From an uncultured Gammaproteobacteria bacterium (GTDB taxonomy: Bacteria > Pseudomonadota > Gammaproteobacteria > Arenicellales > Arenicellaceae): 64,000 nucleotides of DNA. Location: positions 6,518-70,517 of the forward strand of contig CAZWHW010000003.1 in assembly GCA_964633815.1 (NCBI GenBank), read 5' to 3'. The position numbers were made by a program, and so were the translations under genes. Positions 1 through 9,336 of this stretch are shown here, one piece after another. The notes under the pieces are model-generated. The model was given only the letters and a program-made list of their open reading frames with translations, did not search any database and was not told where the DNA came from. Each line of letters begins with the position of its first letter. The stretch's first letter is position 1.

Positions 1-693
1 GCAATGGATTATTTTGTCAATTTAACTGGCATGTTGGGTTTTCTTGAATTTGATGAGTTGCCATTGGTTCGTTTTATGGGGAAAAGCTTTGGTGTAAATG
101 AGCAATCTAGTGTTGAACAATTACAGCCTAAATTACGCCTTGATGAACTTAAAAAACAAAGCTTGGCATACATGCTGAAAATGCAATTTCCATCGCATGA
201 TGAGCGACCATTGGTTTTGTTTCATCCGCAAGCTTCTTCACCTGTGCGCTCGATTAAAAAAAGCATTGCTGATCCAATAATCAGTGCATTAATTGCTTAT
301 GGTTTTAATGTGATAAGCGCTATTCCTTATGGCTTTAAAGCGGATGAATTTTTCTCAGCTGACGAATTTTCCAGTAATATTGATGATTTGTTGCACATCA
401 CTGCATGTTGCGATGCAGTCATTTCTGTTGGTACCGTTTTGTATCATCTCTCTGCAGCTTTAAATAAACCAACTATTTTGTTGCCATCAGTTCGAGCTGA
501 CTTAGAGTCTGGCAAGGCTTTACCTCAGGTTACACCTTGGCTGCCTGATGACAGTAAAGATTTGATTTTGGATAAACATAAAAGCCGAAAAGAAGAAGAT
601 ATGGCAATTGCGGAACAAATCTGGGGCAATATCAATCCCGAAGAGCTTGCGAAAGCCTTAATGGCAATGCTGAAATCAAGGCAAAATGATTGA
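1..693 (+). CDS. GT9-like (heptosyltransferase-fold) glycosyltransferase domain protein, probably the C-terminal part of a gene starting upstream of the window
   Basis: The frame is open from nt 1 and the first ATG is at 4. The segment 'PLVLFHPQASSPVRS...DLLHITACCDAVISVGTVLYHLSAALNKPTILLP' resembles the C-terminal Rossmann half of GT9 enzymes. The stop overlaps the start region of the next gene. Confidence 0.4.
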   Translation, partial: AMDYFVNLTGMLGFLEFDELPLVRFMGKSFGVNEQSSVEQLQPKLRLDELKKQSLAYMLKMQFPSHDERPLVLFHPQASSPVRSIKKSIADPIISALIAYGFNVISAIPYGFKADEFFSADEFSSNIDDLLHITACCDAVISVGTVLYHLSAALNKPTILLPSVRADLESGKALPQVTPWLPDDSKDLILDKHKSRKEEDMAIAEQIWGNINPEELAKALMAMLKSRQND

Positions 694-695
694 TC

Positions 696-1940
696 ATGAA
701 AACTATTAACATTCTTTTTATTCATCCAAATTTTCCAGGGCAATTTAAAGCTTTGCTTAGTGATTTGGTGAAAGTTCCGAATGCTCGAATAGCATTTATT
801 ACTCGGAATCAAGATGCAACGATGCAAGGAGTGGAAGTTCAGCATTATCAATTGACAGATAATCAGGCAAGAAAAAATCAAGAGCAGACTTATACTCATG
901 AAACGTATAAATATTTACGTGGCGCTAATGCAAATTTATTTGAAACACACGAAGTAACCAAAGCGGCATTGTCATTGCAACATGAGAAAGGCTTTGAGCC
1001 ACATATTGTGATTGGTCATATCGGTTGGGCTGGCACATTATTTATGAAAGATGTGTTTCCAAATACGAAAATTATTGGTTATTGCGAGTGGTTTTATAGA
1101 ACTGAAACATCTTGGGAATATTTTTCTAATCTAAAACTTTCGTTGGAACAGAAAACTACTATTCGAATGCGTAATGTGTCCGCATTGTTGTGTTTAGAAA
1201 ATATGGATGTTGGTGTTTCACCAATGATTTGGCAACGTAGTGTGCATCCGCAAGAGTATCAAAGGAATATAGAAATTATTCATGAAGGTATAGATACCGA
1301 AATTTGTCAGCCAAAACCTCGGACTAATCTACGCGTTCCAGGAGCAAATTTGGATGCTTCGCAAACTATAATTACCTATGTTTCAAGAGCGCTAGAGCCC
1401 GCACGTGGCTTTTTTAGTTTTATGGCCGCAATGGAAAAAATTTGTCAACATGATCAAAACGTCCAATTTGTAGTCGTTGGCAGAGAGCGTGCGGCTTATT
1501 CGGATGGAACAGGAGATGGTCCCAGCTATAAACAACAAGCACTTGATAAATATCAGTGCGATTGGTCAAGAGTACATTTTACGGGTAAGTTGAGTTATGC
1601 GGATTATTTATCAATATTGCAAAATTCACGTATTCATGTGCATTTAAGTGCACCTATTTTTTTGTCTTGGTCTTTATTAGAAGCGATGTCATGTGCTTGT
1701 ACTATTGTTAGTTCAAATAATGCACCAGTGAATGAGGTGATAGAACATAATGAAACAGGCAGATTAGTCCCGTTTTTTGATGAGCAAAAATTAGCAGATG
1801 AAGTGTTAGACTTGCTTGGCGATCGAGTTGAATCTGAACGTTTAGGCGCTGCAGCGCGGCGTTTAATAGTGGAGAAATATAATCAAAAACACTGTGTTAA
1901 TGAATGGAAGCAATTAATATTACGTACTTTGCAAGAATAA
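696..1940 (+). CDS. glycosyltransferase family 4 (GT-B fold)
   Basis: The ORF runs 690-1940 from a TTG, with an ATG at 696. The C-terminal 'SWSLLEAMSCACTIVSSNNAPVNEVIEHNETG' carries the GT4 E-x7-E motif. The start abuts the stop of the upstream ORF. Confidence 0.8.
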   Translation: MKTINILFIHPNFPGQFKALLSDLVKVPNARIAFITRNQDATMQGVEVQHYQLTDNQARKNQEQTYTHETYKYLRGANANLFETHEVTKAALSLQHEKGFEPHIVIGHIGWAGTLFMKDVFPNTKIIGYCEWFYRTETSWEYFSNLKLSLEQKTTIRMRNVSALLCLENMDVGVSPMIWQRSVHPQEYQRNIEIIHEGIDTEICQPKPRTNLRVPGANLDASQTIITYVSRALEPARGFFSFMAAMEKICQHDQNVQFVVVGRERAAYSDGTGDGPSYKQQALDKYQCDWSRVHFTGKLSYADYLSILQNSRIHVHLSAPIFLSWSLLEAMSCACTIVSSNNAPVNEVIEHNETGRLVPFFDEQKLADEVLDLLGDRVESERLGAAARRLIVEKYNQKHCVNEWKQLILRTLQE

Positions 1941-1986
1941 ATTAGCAAAGAGGTTTACATAAAATTTGTAAACAAAACGCGGAAAT

Positions 1987-3642
1987 TTAAACGGTTTTGG
2001 TTAGAGTAGTAATAAAGTGCTCAGCAAAATGAGAAACATTATTGATTTTGCTTGATTTGATTTGGCTTTTGATTCGAGAGTTTTTATATTTGCTATCAAT
2101 CAGTTCTAGTACTTTCTCGATATAGTCTTGCTCATTTTCACAAACCCAATCATTTTTGCCAAGCAGTTGCAGTAAATTAGCTGTACGTTGTGCTGGGAAT
2201 AATTCGCCATTCAGAGTGACGATATTGGCTCCAGATATTAGCGCCTGTGAAGATTTAGCAATGGCATTATAATCAAGATTGTCTAATACGATATGCCCAG
2301 ATTTAAAATCAATATTGTTGACGAATGCAATCTGTTCTTTTTTGATGCCATATAAAGCAAATCGTTGTAGTAATTGTTGCTGAATAGGTTCTTGATGTAC
2401 ATCTAATGCTAATTTTTTATCTGTTTTTTTCAGAATTTTGGACCAAGTCTTAATTGTTTTTAAAGATAGCCCCGCTTCACAGCCTATTGCAGCAATGGCG
2501 TTTTTAGGCATTTTATTAAGTTTATCGTTTTCTTGTTCTTGTGGAATCACAGCGAATCGATAGTTATCTAATTTACTGTCTAGATTTTCAAGTAATGGCG
2601 TGGAGAAAACACCAGCATGAGTCAACCAAGCAAACTGTTTGTTAGCTAAATTAATACCAAATGTACGCTCTCTGGTTAGAGTATGCATACCACCAACATC
2701 AATTAGAAAATCATTTTCAGTTTTGCGGCAAAGCCTAGCAAAATCCGCATCGGAAACCGTTCGGCAATTTTCAACGGTTATATTGTTGGATTTTACAATA
2801 GGCAATACACCCGATTGATGCCAATAAACGGAGATTTGATGACCGTGTTGGGCTAATTCGTTGATTAACGGCCACACAATAATTTTCCACTCGAGCTTTG
2901 GAATTGCGCCAATCACAAAACCTAATTTGAATGGTTTTGATGTGTCAATTGGCTTGTTTTCATAAGCTCTGCTTTTGGGGATGTATTGATCTCCCCAAAT
3001 AGCAATTTCTTGTTCTAGAGCTTCTTGATCAAGTTGATTGAAGCGAATCCCTTGAAAAATATGGCTTGCACCTGAAGTATGCTGGTTCTTTGTGTTGAAT
3101 CGTAAAATATTCAATGTTTGATAGGCACTTTCATGCATACCTAGTTTTAATTCAACAGAAGCTCGTTGTAATAGGGCACGGTAATAGCTTGGGTCGCTAT
3201 CCAATACGCGATTAAACGTGTCGATAGCAAGTTCAAATTTGTCTAATTGAGCATATGCTAAGCCAAGATTATATAACCATTGAGAATTCTCACCACGTTC
3301 AGTAACTAAGTTTTCGAGTAATTCTTCAGCTTCTTTTGGAAAACCTTTGCTGAGTTGCAAGCAAGCGTGATTATTAAGAATATATTCAGATCTAGGGTTT
3401 AAGCTAGCGGCTTTGCTGCCAATTAGTCGTGCTTTCTCGTATTGCTTACTCATATAGTAAGCTGTAAATTTCAATGCATTTGCACGCTGATTGTCAGGCT
3501 GTCTTTCAAGAACTTCATCAATGAATTTAATTGCATCATCGAATTGATTGGTTCGAATGCTGCGCACAGAACGACGCAGCAATAAACGAATGGATTTGCC
3601 GCTATGATTTATTTTATCCATGGTAATAGAGATTGAATTCAT
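1987..3642 (-). CDS. TPR-repeat protein with a divergent, motif-degenerate GT41 (SPY/OGT-like) C-terminal domain
   Basis: 551 aa. The N-terminal ~190 aa are TPR-like (e.g. 'WLYNLGLAYAQLDKFELAIDTFNRVLDSDPSYYRAL'). The C-terminal half is colinear with the GT41 domain of the upstream paralogue ('LIDVGGMH..', 'YNAIAKSSQALISGANIVTLNG'), but conserved residues are replaced. The ATG overlaps the stop of 3639-5492 by 4 nt. Confidence 0.6.
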   Translation of the reverse strand: MNSISITMDKINHSGKSIRLLLRRSVRSIRTNQFDDAIKFIDEVLERQPDNQRANALKFTAYYMSKQYEKARLIGSKAASLNPRSEYILNNHACLQLSKGFPKEAEELLENLVTERGENSQWLYNLGLAYAQLDKFELAIDTFNRVLDSDPSYYRALLQRASVELKLGMHESAYQTLNILRFNTKNQHTSGASHIFQGIRFNQLDQEALEQEIAIWGDQYIPKSRAYENKPIDTSKPFKLGFVIGAIPKLEWKIIVWPLINELAQHGHQISVYWHQSGVLPIVKSNNITVENCRTVSDADFARLCRKTENDFLIDVGGMHTLTRERTFGINLANKQFAWLTHAGVFSTPLLENLDSKLDNYRFAVIPQEQENDKLNKMPKNAIAAIGCEAGLSLKTIKTWSKILKKTDKKLALDVHQEPIQQQLLQRFALYGIKKEQIAFVNNIDFKSGHIVLDNLDYNAIAKSSQALISGANIVTLNGELFPAQRTANLLQLLGKNDWVCENEQDYIEKVLELIDSKYKNSRIKSQIKSSKINNVSHFAEHFITTLTKTV

Positions 3643-5492
3643 GCATCTGTTCTCCCAATATTTGTTTGGGAACCCATTATTTTTTCTTTTATATCTATCC
3701 CTTGTTCAGTATTTCTAGCATAACACCACAATTGCCATTTCTCACGAATGTTGTTTGTAAATTCTGTTGCAAAAAGGCCATGGTCTAGCAAGTTTGATTG
3801 CGCTAGCTTGTCACGAAGTGAGCCTGAAAGTTCAGTCAATTTCTTGCGATTCTCAGCAAGCTGTTGCGCAATTTGGATATATTCCTCAGTGCTATGTGCG
3901 ATGAGTTTGGTTAAACCAGCATGATGAAGGATGCTTGAAGAAACTCTGCTTGCATGAGTTTTACCTTGTAAAGTGATGACAGGTGTACCCATCCATAAGG
4001 ATTCTAGCGTCGTTGTGGTGCCATTGTATGGGCTAGTATCTAAAGCAATATCTACCTTATTATATTCAGCTAAGTGATCTTGGATTTTTGCCTTTGATGT
4101 TTTCAAAATTAGACGAGATTCATCAATGCCACGATCTTTTAATTCATTAATCAAATGCTGTTTAGCATTATTATTGATCAATTGTTGACGTTTAATATAT
4201 AAAGTGGAGTTGGGAACAGCAAGCAAAGTGGCTGCCCAAGTATCTAATGTTGTAGCAGAAATTTTTGCTAAATTATTAAATGAACCAAGCCTAATTGGGC
4301 TCTTGCTTGTGGCTGAAGTCGTAGTGATTTTTGGTGAGTCTTTATATGGCTCATAGCAAAGAAAACTTGTATCTAAACGAATCAGCTTCTCAGAAAAATA
4401 ATCTTTATTGTCGCTAATTGGGTCAGCAATTTCATCGGTAATGCGATACTGAATGCTATCTAAACCGGTAGTTGCAGGATAGCCTAGCCAGCTAATTTGA
4501 ATAGGGGCGATGTGTTGTGAAAAAATTCCTAAGCGATTGTTTGCCGAGTGACCGCTTAGATCAATTAATACGTCTAATTGGTCAGCACCCATTTGTGCAG
4601 CCAGTAAATCATCGTTAAGTCCCGCAGCATCACGCCATTGGTCGCAATGTTTTTGTATTTCTTTAGTAATATGATCAGGTTTGGCGACATCACTGTAGGC
4701 AATTACCTGGAATTGTTTTCGGTCTATGTTTTTTAATAAAGGCGTGATGAAAAAACTTACCGCATGTGCACAGAAATCACCTGAAACGAAACCAATTTTT
4801 AAAGGTTTGTCGGGGTTAGCATCTCGCCATGTATTTGAACCAGTTTGATTATTCGGATAGGCATTGTTAGCCCATAAACGAGTTAACTGAAAGTTAGTTT
4901 GCTGAGAAAAACGATCCGAATAATTGCTCCAATAAGCAATACGTTGTAAATATTGTGTTTTAGTGGGTTCTAAAAAAGCTGCTCGTTGATAACTCTCAAT
5001 GCCTTTATCCACGCGTCCAGTTCGGCAATAAATGCGGCCTAGTTGACTATGAAAATCTGCATTAGTTGGCAGTTTCTTACAGCCTCGGCGTAATTGGAAT
5101 TCTGCTTCATCTAATAATCCTTGCCCGCTGAGTGCAGTGCCATATTCTAGTAGCAGCAAGGGATCAACAGAGGTTTTAGCGTCGTCTTCAGAACATATCT
5201 TTTGATAAATCTTCAAAGCTTCATCAGCTTTGCCATTTTCGTTAAATACTAAAGCGATATAGCGAAGTATGTCAGAAGATAGTTCTTGTTTTGGCGTAGA
5301 TTGATTTGAATGTAAATTTTCAGCAATAGCTAAAGCGTCACTATGGCGTTTTAACATACGCAAAACGCGAATTTCTAAAACATATTTCCACTCTCCAGCA
5401 GTAGGCGATAAGTTGCCAATCGACACTAGCGCTTCGTCTAGTTGAGCTGCTTTGATGAGTTTTAGGATGTTTTGTTGTTGGGTTTCCACCAC
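3639..5492 (-). CDS. TPR-repeat O-linked GlcNAc transferase-like protein (GT41, SPINDLY/OGT family)
   Basis: 617 aa with a GTG start and N-terminal TPRs. The C-terminal blocks 'IGFVSGDFCAHAVS', 'LIDLSGHSANNRLGIFSQHIAPIQISWLGYPATTG', 'FNNLAKIS' and 'PYNGTTTTLESLWMGTPVITLQGKTHASRVS' match the GT41 signature blocks as I recall them from OGT. Confidence 0.85.
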   Translation of the reverse strand: MVETQQQNILKLIKAAQLDEALVSIGNLSPTAGEWKYVLEIRVLRMLKRHSDALAIAENLHSNQSTPKQELSSDILRYIALVFNENGKADEALKIYQKICSEDDAKTSVDPLLLLEYGTALSGQGLLDEAEFQLRRGCKKLPTNADFHSQLGRIYCRTGRVDKGIESYQRAAFLEPTKTQYLQRIAYWSNYSDRFSQQTNFQLTRLWANNAYPNNQTGSNTWRDANPDKPLKIGFVSGDFCAHAVSFFITPLLKNIDRKQFQVIAYSDVAKPDHITKEIQKHCDQWRDAAGLNDDLLAAQMGADQLDVLIDLSGHSANNRLGIFSQHIAPIQISWLGYPATTGLDSIQYRITDEIADPISDNKDYFSEKLIRLDTSFLCYEPYKDSPKITTTSATSKSPIRLGSFNNLAKISATTLDTWAATLLAVPNSTLYIKRQQLINNNAKQHLINELKDRGIDESRLILKTSKAKIQDHLAEYNKVDIALDTSPYNGTTTTLESLWMGTPVITLQGKTHASRVSSSILHHAGLTKLIAHSTEEYIQIAQQLAENRKKLTELSGSLRDKLAQSNLLDHGLFATEFTNNIREKWQLWCYARNTEQGIDIKEKIMGSQTNIGRTDA

Positions 5493-5559
5493 TCGAACCT
5501 ATTCTAAAGAAATCTATAATCCATATTTTCTGTTAAATTTGCTGTCTATGCAATCAATG

Positions 5560-6366
5560 TTACATTCTATAACAATTAAATTCAGGGATCAGTTCAAGTG
5601 TTTTCTCAAAAGCAGGATGATTCTGTAATGCTTCAATTTCTTCAATTTCTTGAATTTCCATGGTTTTACGAGCTCTTGGTTTGATGATTGGTTTGTTTCT
5701 ATGGCTGGATAGATTGCTTAGATCACCAGTAAGTTGCTTAAATTCATGCCATTTATTTTTATAGTCAGGATCATATTTAATTTTTAAATGAATGCATGCT
5801 TGTTTAAGCATATTGTCAGGTTCAATTAAGAAGTCCTCGTATAATAATTGGAAGTCTGTGGATGTTTGATCAAGATAGTTCAAATATGCTTGAATAAAAT
5901 CAGTCGACGAAATTTTTGCAGTCTTAATGAGATTTAAACGACGGGTGCTTAGCCAGGTGTCTATTGGGTTGCGAATTAGTTGAATGTGTTGAATATGAAA
6001 ATCATTCTTCAAGGTATTGAGCAGTGCAGCTTGGTTGTCAGGTTCAGTAGTCACTGGGACGCCTAAATAATCAATATGACTCCAATCTCTTAATAAGAGT
6101 GAAATTTTTTGTTGCGAGCAATGTTGTTCAATTGCTTTGATTGAGGCGACAAAGTCACTAGCTTGCCACGGGTGATTTGGATCAAAATTAAGCCATTTTT
6201 GCGCTTGTTTAATTGCATTGAAACTGACCGCTTTTTGGGCTTTAGGATGAATCTCACTGAGAAGAGCTACTGTTTTCATACTGCCAAGACATTTGCTTAG
6301 CAGTGTGCCTCCAGACCTTGCTAGATTATGAATAATACGAATTATTGGTTTTTCTTGTTCATTCAT
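5560..6366 (-). CDS. sulfotransferase family protein
   Basis: The ORF runs 5560-6387 from a TTG; I prefer the ATG at 6366. 'IIHNLARSGGTLL' looks like a PAPS 5'-phosphosulfate-binding loop. 'LIRNPIDTWLS' looks like the 3'-phosphate-binding R-x-P-x-D..S motif. Confidence 0.65.
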   Translation of the reverse strand: MNEQEKPIIRIIHNLARSGGTLLSKCLGSMKTVALLSEIHPKAQKAVSFNAIKQAQKWLNFDPNHPWQASDFVASIKAIEQHCSQQKISLLLRDWSHIDYLGVPVTTEPDNQAALLNTLKNDFHIQHIQLIRNPIDTWLSTRRLNLIKTAKISSTDFIQAYLNYLDQTSTDFQLLYEDFLIEPDNMLKQACIHLKIKYDPDYKNKWHEFKQLTGDLSNLSSHRNKPIIKPRARKTMEIQEIEEIEALQNHPAFEKTLELIPEFNCYRM

Positions 6367-6411
6367 TGCTTTAGCTGGCTGACCCAATATTCATGTATGT
6401 CGCGTTTGATG

Positions 6412-7044
6412 TTAGGCAGAAAAATTTGCCAATACTTGTTGGGTGATAAAATTGTGGTTGTTATAATCAATCTGAATAAAATGTTTAGCTTGTGGCGTTG
6501 TTAGAATTAAGCTTGGAAAGCCTCTAGCGCCTAATTGGGTGGATAATTGTAATTGTTCTTGAAATAAAGTTTCGATAGCATCGCTTGTAAGTGCATATTC
6601 AAAAGCAGTTTTTTCTATACCAATGTTTTCTGCACACGTAATTAATGTGTCTATATCTGAAGGGTTTTTGGCTTGCAAATAATAAGCTTGTTGAATCGCG
6701 AGAATCATATCGATTTCTTTATCAGGATCTAAATTTTTTGCTGCCAAAACTGCGCGGCAAGCAGGGTAGGTAGAACGCCTTGGAGAACAATGGGTCCAGA
6801 AGTCAAAATTAAACTCAGTTCCTGGAATTTTCGTTTGAATTATCCGCCAGTAGCCAGCGATGTCCTGCTGTTGAGCTTTGGGCATCGGCTGATCAGAATC
6901 AGGTGCTAAACCGCCAACGACATAATGTATGTCAACTAAACTAGCTAAATTATTTTGTACTTGTTGCCATGTTTTTTGAAACCCCCAGCACCAACTGCAC
7001 ATAGGGTCGTGGACATAGAAAAGATGATTTTTAGAAGATGGCAT
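6412..7044 (-). CDS. DsbA-family thioredoxin-fold protein (cytoplasmic CxxC type)
   Basis: 210 aa. The N-terminal 'FYVHDPMCSWCWGF' CxxC motif and overall layout are typical of the DsbA/FrnE-like family. No signal peptide is apparent. Confidence 0.65.
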   Translation of the reverse strand: MPSSKNHLFYVHDPMCSWCWGFQKTWQQVQNNLASLVDIHYVVGGLAPDSDQPMPKAQQQDIAGYWRIIQTKIPGTEFNFDFWTHCSPRRSTYPACRAVLAAKNLDPDKEIDMILAIQQAYYLQAKNPSDIDTLITCAENIGIEKTAFEYALTSDAIETLFQEQLQLSTQLGARGFPSLILTTPQAKHFIQIDYNNHNFITQQVLANFSA

Positions 7045-7054
7045 AGGCGATTTT

Positions 7055-8395
7055 TTAAGTTATAACTGAATAGCAAGGGCTGTAGTCACCAGAAATTTTC
7101 ATACGGTTTTGTTCAATGAAACTATTAAGTAAAATATCGAGTTTCTTCATGATGTTCGCGTTTCCATGTAATTGATATAGGCCTTTTTCTTCAATTTGTT
7201 GCACAAATTGCGATTTGACGTTACCGGCAACAATTCCAGAAAAAGCTCGACGTAGATTAGCGGCAAGTTGTTCTTTTGGTTGGTCGATATGTAAGTTTAA
7301 CGCAGACATGTTTTCATGTGTTGGTTCAAAGGGATTTTGAAAATCTTGATCAATAGTTAATAGCCAATTGTAATGATAGGCATCTTCTTGTTTGCGACGG
7401 CTTTTCTGGACTTTAACAAGCCCTGATTGCATTGATTTTGCTACTGCAATTGGGTCATCGATGATGATTTGGTAAAGCTCAGCAGCTTCGGCGCCAAGAG
7501 TTGCTTTGATGAACTCATCAAGTGCAGCAAAATAATCAGCTGCTTCTTTAGGACCAGTTAATATTAGTGGCAGAGAAATATTCTGATTATCAGGATGCAT
7601 TAAAATGCCTAAAACATATAAGATTTCTTCACAAGTGCCAACGCCGCCTGGAAAAACAATAATGCCATGTCCTAAACGGACAAAAGCTTCTAAGCGTTTT
7701 TCAATGTCAGGCATGATGATGAGCTCATTGACAATGGCATTTGGGGCTTCTGAAGCAATAATACCTGGTTCAGTGATGCCAATATAACGTCCTTGAGCTT
7801 GACGTTGTTTGCTGTGAGCGATCGTAGCTCCTTTCATCGGGCCTTTCATGGCACCTGTTCCACACCCTGTGCAGATGTCGATTTTACGCAAGCCAAGGTA
7901 ATAACCAACTTCTTTGGTATATTCATATTCCAAGTTTGAAATAGCATGCCCACCCCAACAAACCACTAAGTTCGGTTTTTTGCGTGGTTTAAGTGCGCGA
8001 GCATTGCGTAGAGTATTAAATACGATATCAGTAATATCTTGGCCATTACGTTCCCAAATTGGAACTTGATGTTGAATATAAACAATGTCTCTTAGAACGG
8101 CGAGTAGGTGTTCTTCAATTCCTCGAATGAGCTCGCCATCGACAAATGCCTCTTCTGGAGCATTGCTTAGGTGTAAGGCGATACCGCGTGAAGATCTCTC
8201 AACGCAAATAGTAAATTCTTTATGCTGTTCTAATAATGCTAGACCATCATCATGCGCCGAACCGCAACTTAATACGGCTAGAGCGCATTGCCTAAATAGT
8301 TCTTTGACTTCATTATTGTTTGAGCGTTCTAATAGTGAGCTCTCGTGCTGAGATAAGAGATCGAGTTGACCTTTTGGGCGAATAATTGTGTTCAA
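7055..8395 (-). CDS. ppnN: pyrimidine/purine nucleotide 5'-monophosphate nucleosidase PpnN (LOG family)
   Basis: 446 aa with a TTG start. It is colinear with E. coli PpnN/YgdH as recalled: 'VVCWGGH', 'ICTGCGTGAMKGPMKGA', 'NELIIMPDIEKRLEAFVR', 'FPGGVGTCEE', 'LRRAFSGIVAGNVK'. Confidence 0.9.
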   Translation of the reverse strand: MNTIIRPKGQLDLLSQHESSLLERSNNNEVKELFRQCALAVLSCGSAHDDGLALLEQHKEFTICVERSSRGIALHLSNAPEEAFVDGELIRGIEEHLLAVLRDIVYIQHQVPIWERNGQDITDIVFNTLRNARALKPRKKPNLVVCWGGHAISNLEYEYTKEVGYYLGLRKIDICTGCGTGAMKGPMKGATIAHSKQRQAQGRYIGITEPGIIASEAPNAIVNELIIMPDIEKRLEAFVRLGHGIIVFPGGVGTCEEILYVLGILMHPDNQNISLPLILTGPKEAADYFAALDEFIKATLGAEAAELYQIIIDDPIAVAKSMQSGLVKVQKSRRKQEDAYHYNWLLTIDQDFQNPFEPTHENMSALNLHIDQPKEQLAANLRRAFSGIVAGNVKSQFVQQIEEKGLYQLHGNANIMKKLDILLNSFIEQNRMKISGDYSPCYSVIT

Positions 8396-8469
8396 TCTGT
8401 TTCCTGGCTAGCAAGTGTTATAGGTTTTAGTTTTGGGCTTTTGTATTAAGGGATTATACGATTGAAAGC

Positions 8470-8496
8470 AAAAAAAAGGCTACCGGAGGTAGCCTT
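8470..8496 (-). terminator. rho-independent terminator downstream of dsbA
   Basis: The plus strand reads 'aaaaaaaaGGCTACCggaGGTAGCCtt'. On the minus strand this gives a 7-9 bp GC-rich stem and a 3-nt loop followed by a run of 8 T. It lies 23 nt after the dsbA stop. Confidence 0.7.
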
Positions 8497-8518
8497 TCAA
8501 GTATTAATTTTGTGTTCT

Positions 8519-9196
8519 CTAAGATTTTCTTTCAGATTGCGCTAATATAATTAATTGATCCACTACATCAAACAATTGTTTGTTGCCACCTGCAGAAGAA
8601 ACGTTGGTGCGAAATTTTCCATCAACAATAACCGTTGGCACTCCATTTGCACCTGACTTCAAGCTATAAGCGTTTGCAGCGCGCATATTGCTATCAACAG
8701 TAAAGGATTGAAATGCTTTTTCGACTTTGTCGCCATCTATATCAAAATTAGCTTTAACGAATTTTGAAAGTTGCTTCAAATTGCTAATTGGACGGCGTTT
8801 ATGATGGATGGACTCAAATACCATTGGATGGGCTTTTTCTTCAATCCCTAATGCTTTCAAAGTATAAAAAACTTTAGCGTGAAATAACCAACGTTGACTG
8901 AAAACAGCAGGCATAGGAACGAACTCAGAGTTTTCTGGTTTAGTCTTTAACCAATTTAAGATCACTGGCTCTAAACGATTGCAGTGAGGACAACCATACC
9001 AAAACAGTTCTCGAACTTCGATTTTGTCTTTGGTAACCACTTTGATGGGTTTATCAAGGCGGGTGTAATGCTGTCCTTCAATAATATTTAATTTTTGCGC
9101 AGCAGGTGTTGCTTTCTCAACAAGTGTTTGGGCATTAATAGTTGCACTCCAAGAAACTAAAGCGCTGAAAAAAAGTGTGAATATAAAACGTTTCAT
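8519..9196 (-). CDS. dsbA: periplasmic thiol:disulfide interchange protein DsbA
   Basis: The ORF runs 8519-9208 from a GTG. The ATG at 9196 has a GAGAG Shine-Dalgarno upstream. It has the signal peptide 'MKRFIFTLFFSALVSWSATINA' and the active site 'WYGCPHCNRLEP'. Confidence 0.85.
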   Translation of the reverse strand: MKRFIFTLFFSALVSWSATINAQTLVEKATPAAQKLNIIEGQHYTRLDKPIKVVTKDKIEVRELFWYGCPHCNRLEPVILNWLKTKPENSEFVPMPAVFSQRWLFHAKVFYTLKALGIEEKAHPMVFESIHHKRRPISNLKQLSKFVKANFDIDGDKVEKAFQSFTVDSNMRAANAYSLKSGANGVPTVIVDGKFRTNVSSAGGNKQLFDVVDQLIILAQSERKS

Positions 9197-9336
9197 ATAA
9201 GCTCTCACTGAGTTTAGTTTGTTAATTAGTTTGAATATAGCTTATCAATTTTGTATCAAGTTATGTTTGCGGATAAACGTTCAAAATTTAAAGATAAATG
9301 GTTTAAAAATGAGTATTTGCAAATTTGGTTTATAGT

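Noticed and set aside
525-899. 124-aa ORF antisense to the junction of the first two glycosyltransferase genes.
   Set aside because: It lies entirely within better-supported genes on the opposite strand. It has a Leu/Ser/Cys-rich shadow-frame composition and no Shine-Dalgarno.
1953-1973. Hairpin GTTTACA-taaaatt-TGTAAAC between the convergent GT4 and TPR-GT41-like genes, considered as a bidirectional terminator.
   Set aside because: It is only a 7-bp AT-rich stem with no clear T-tract on either side. It is too weak to call.
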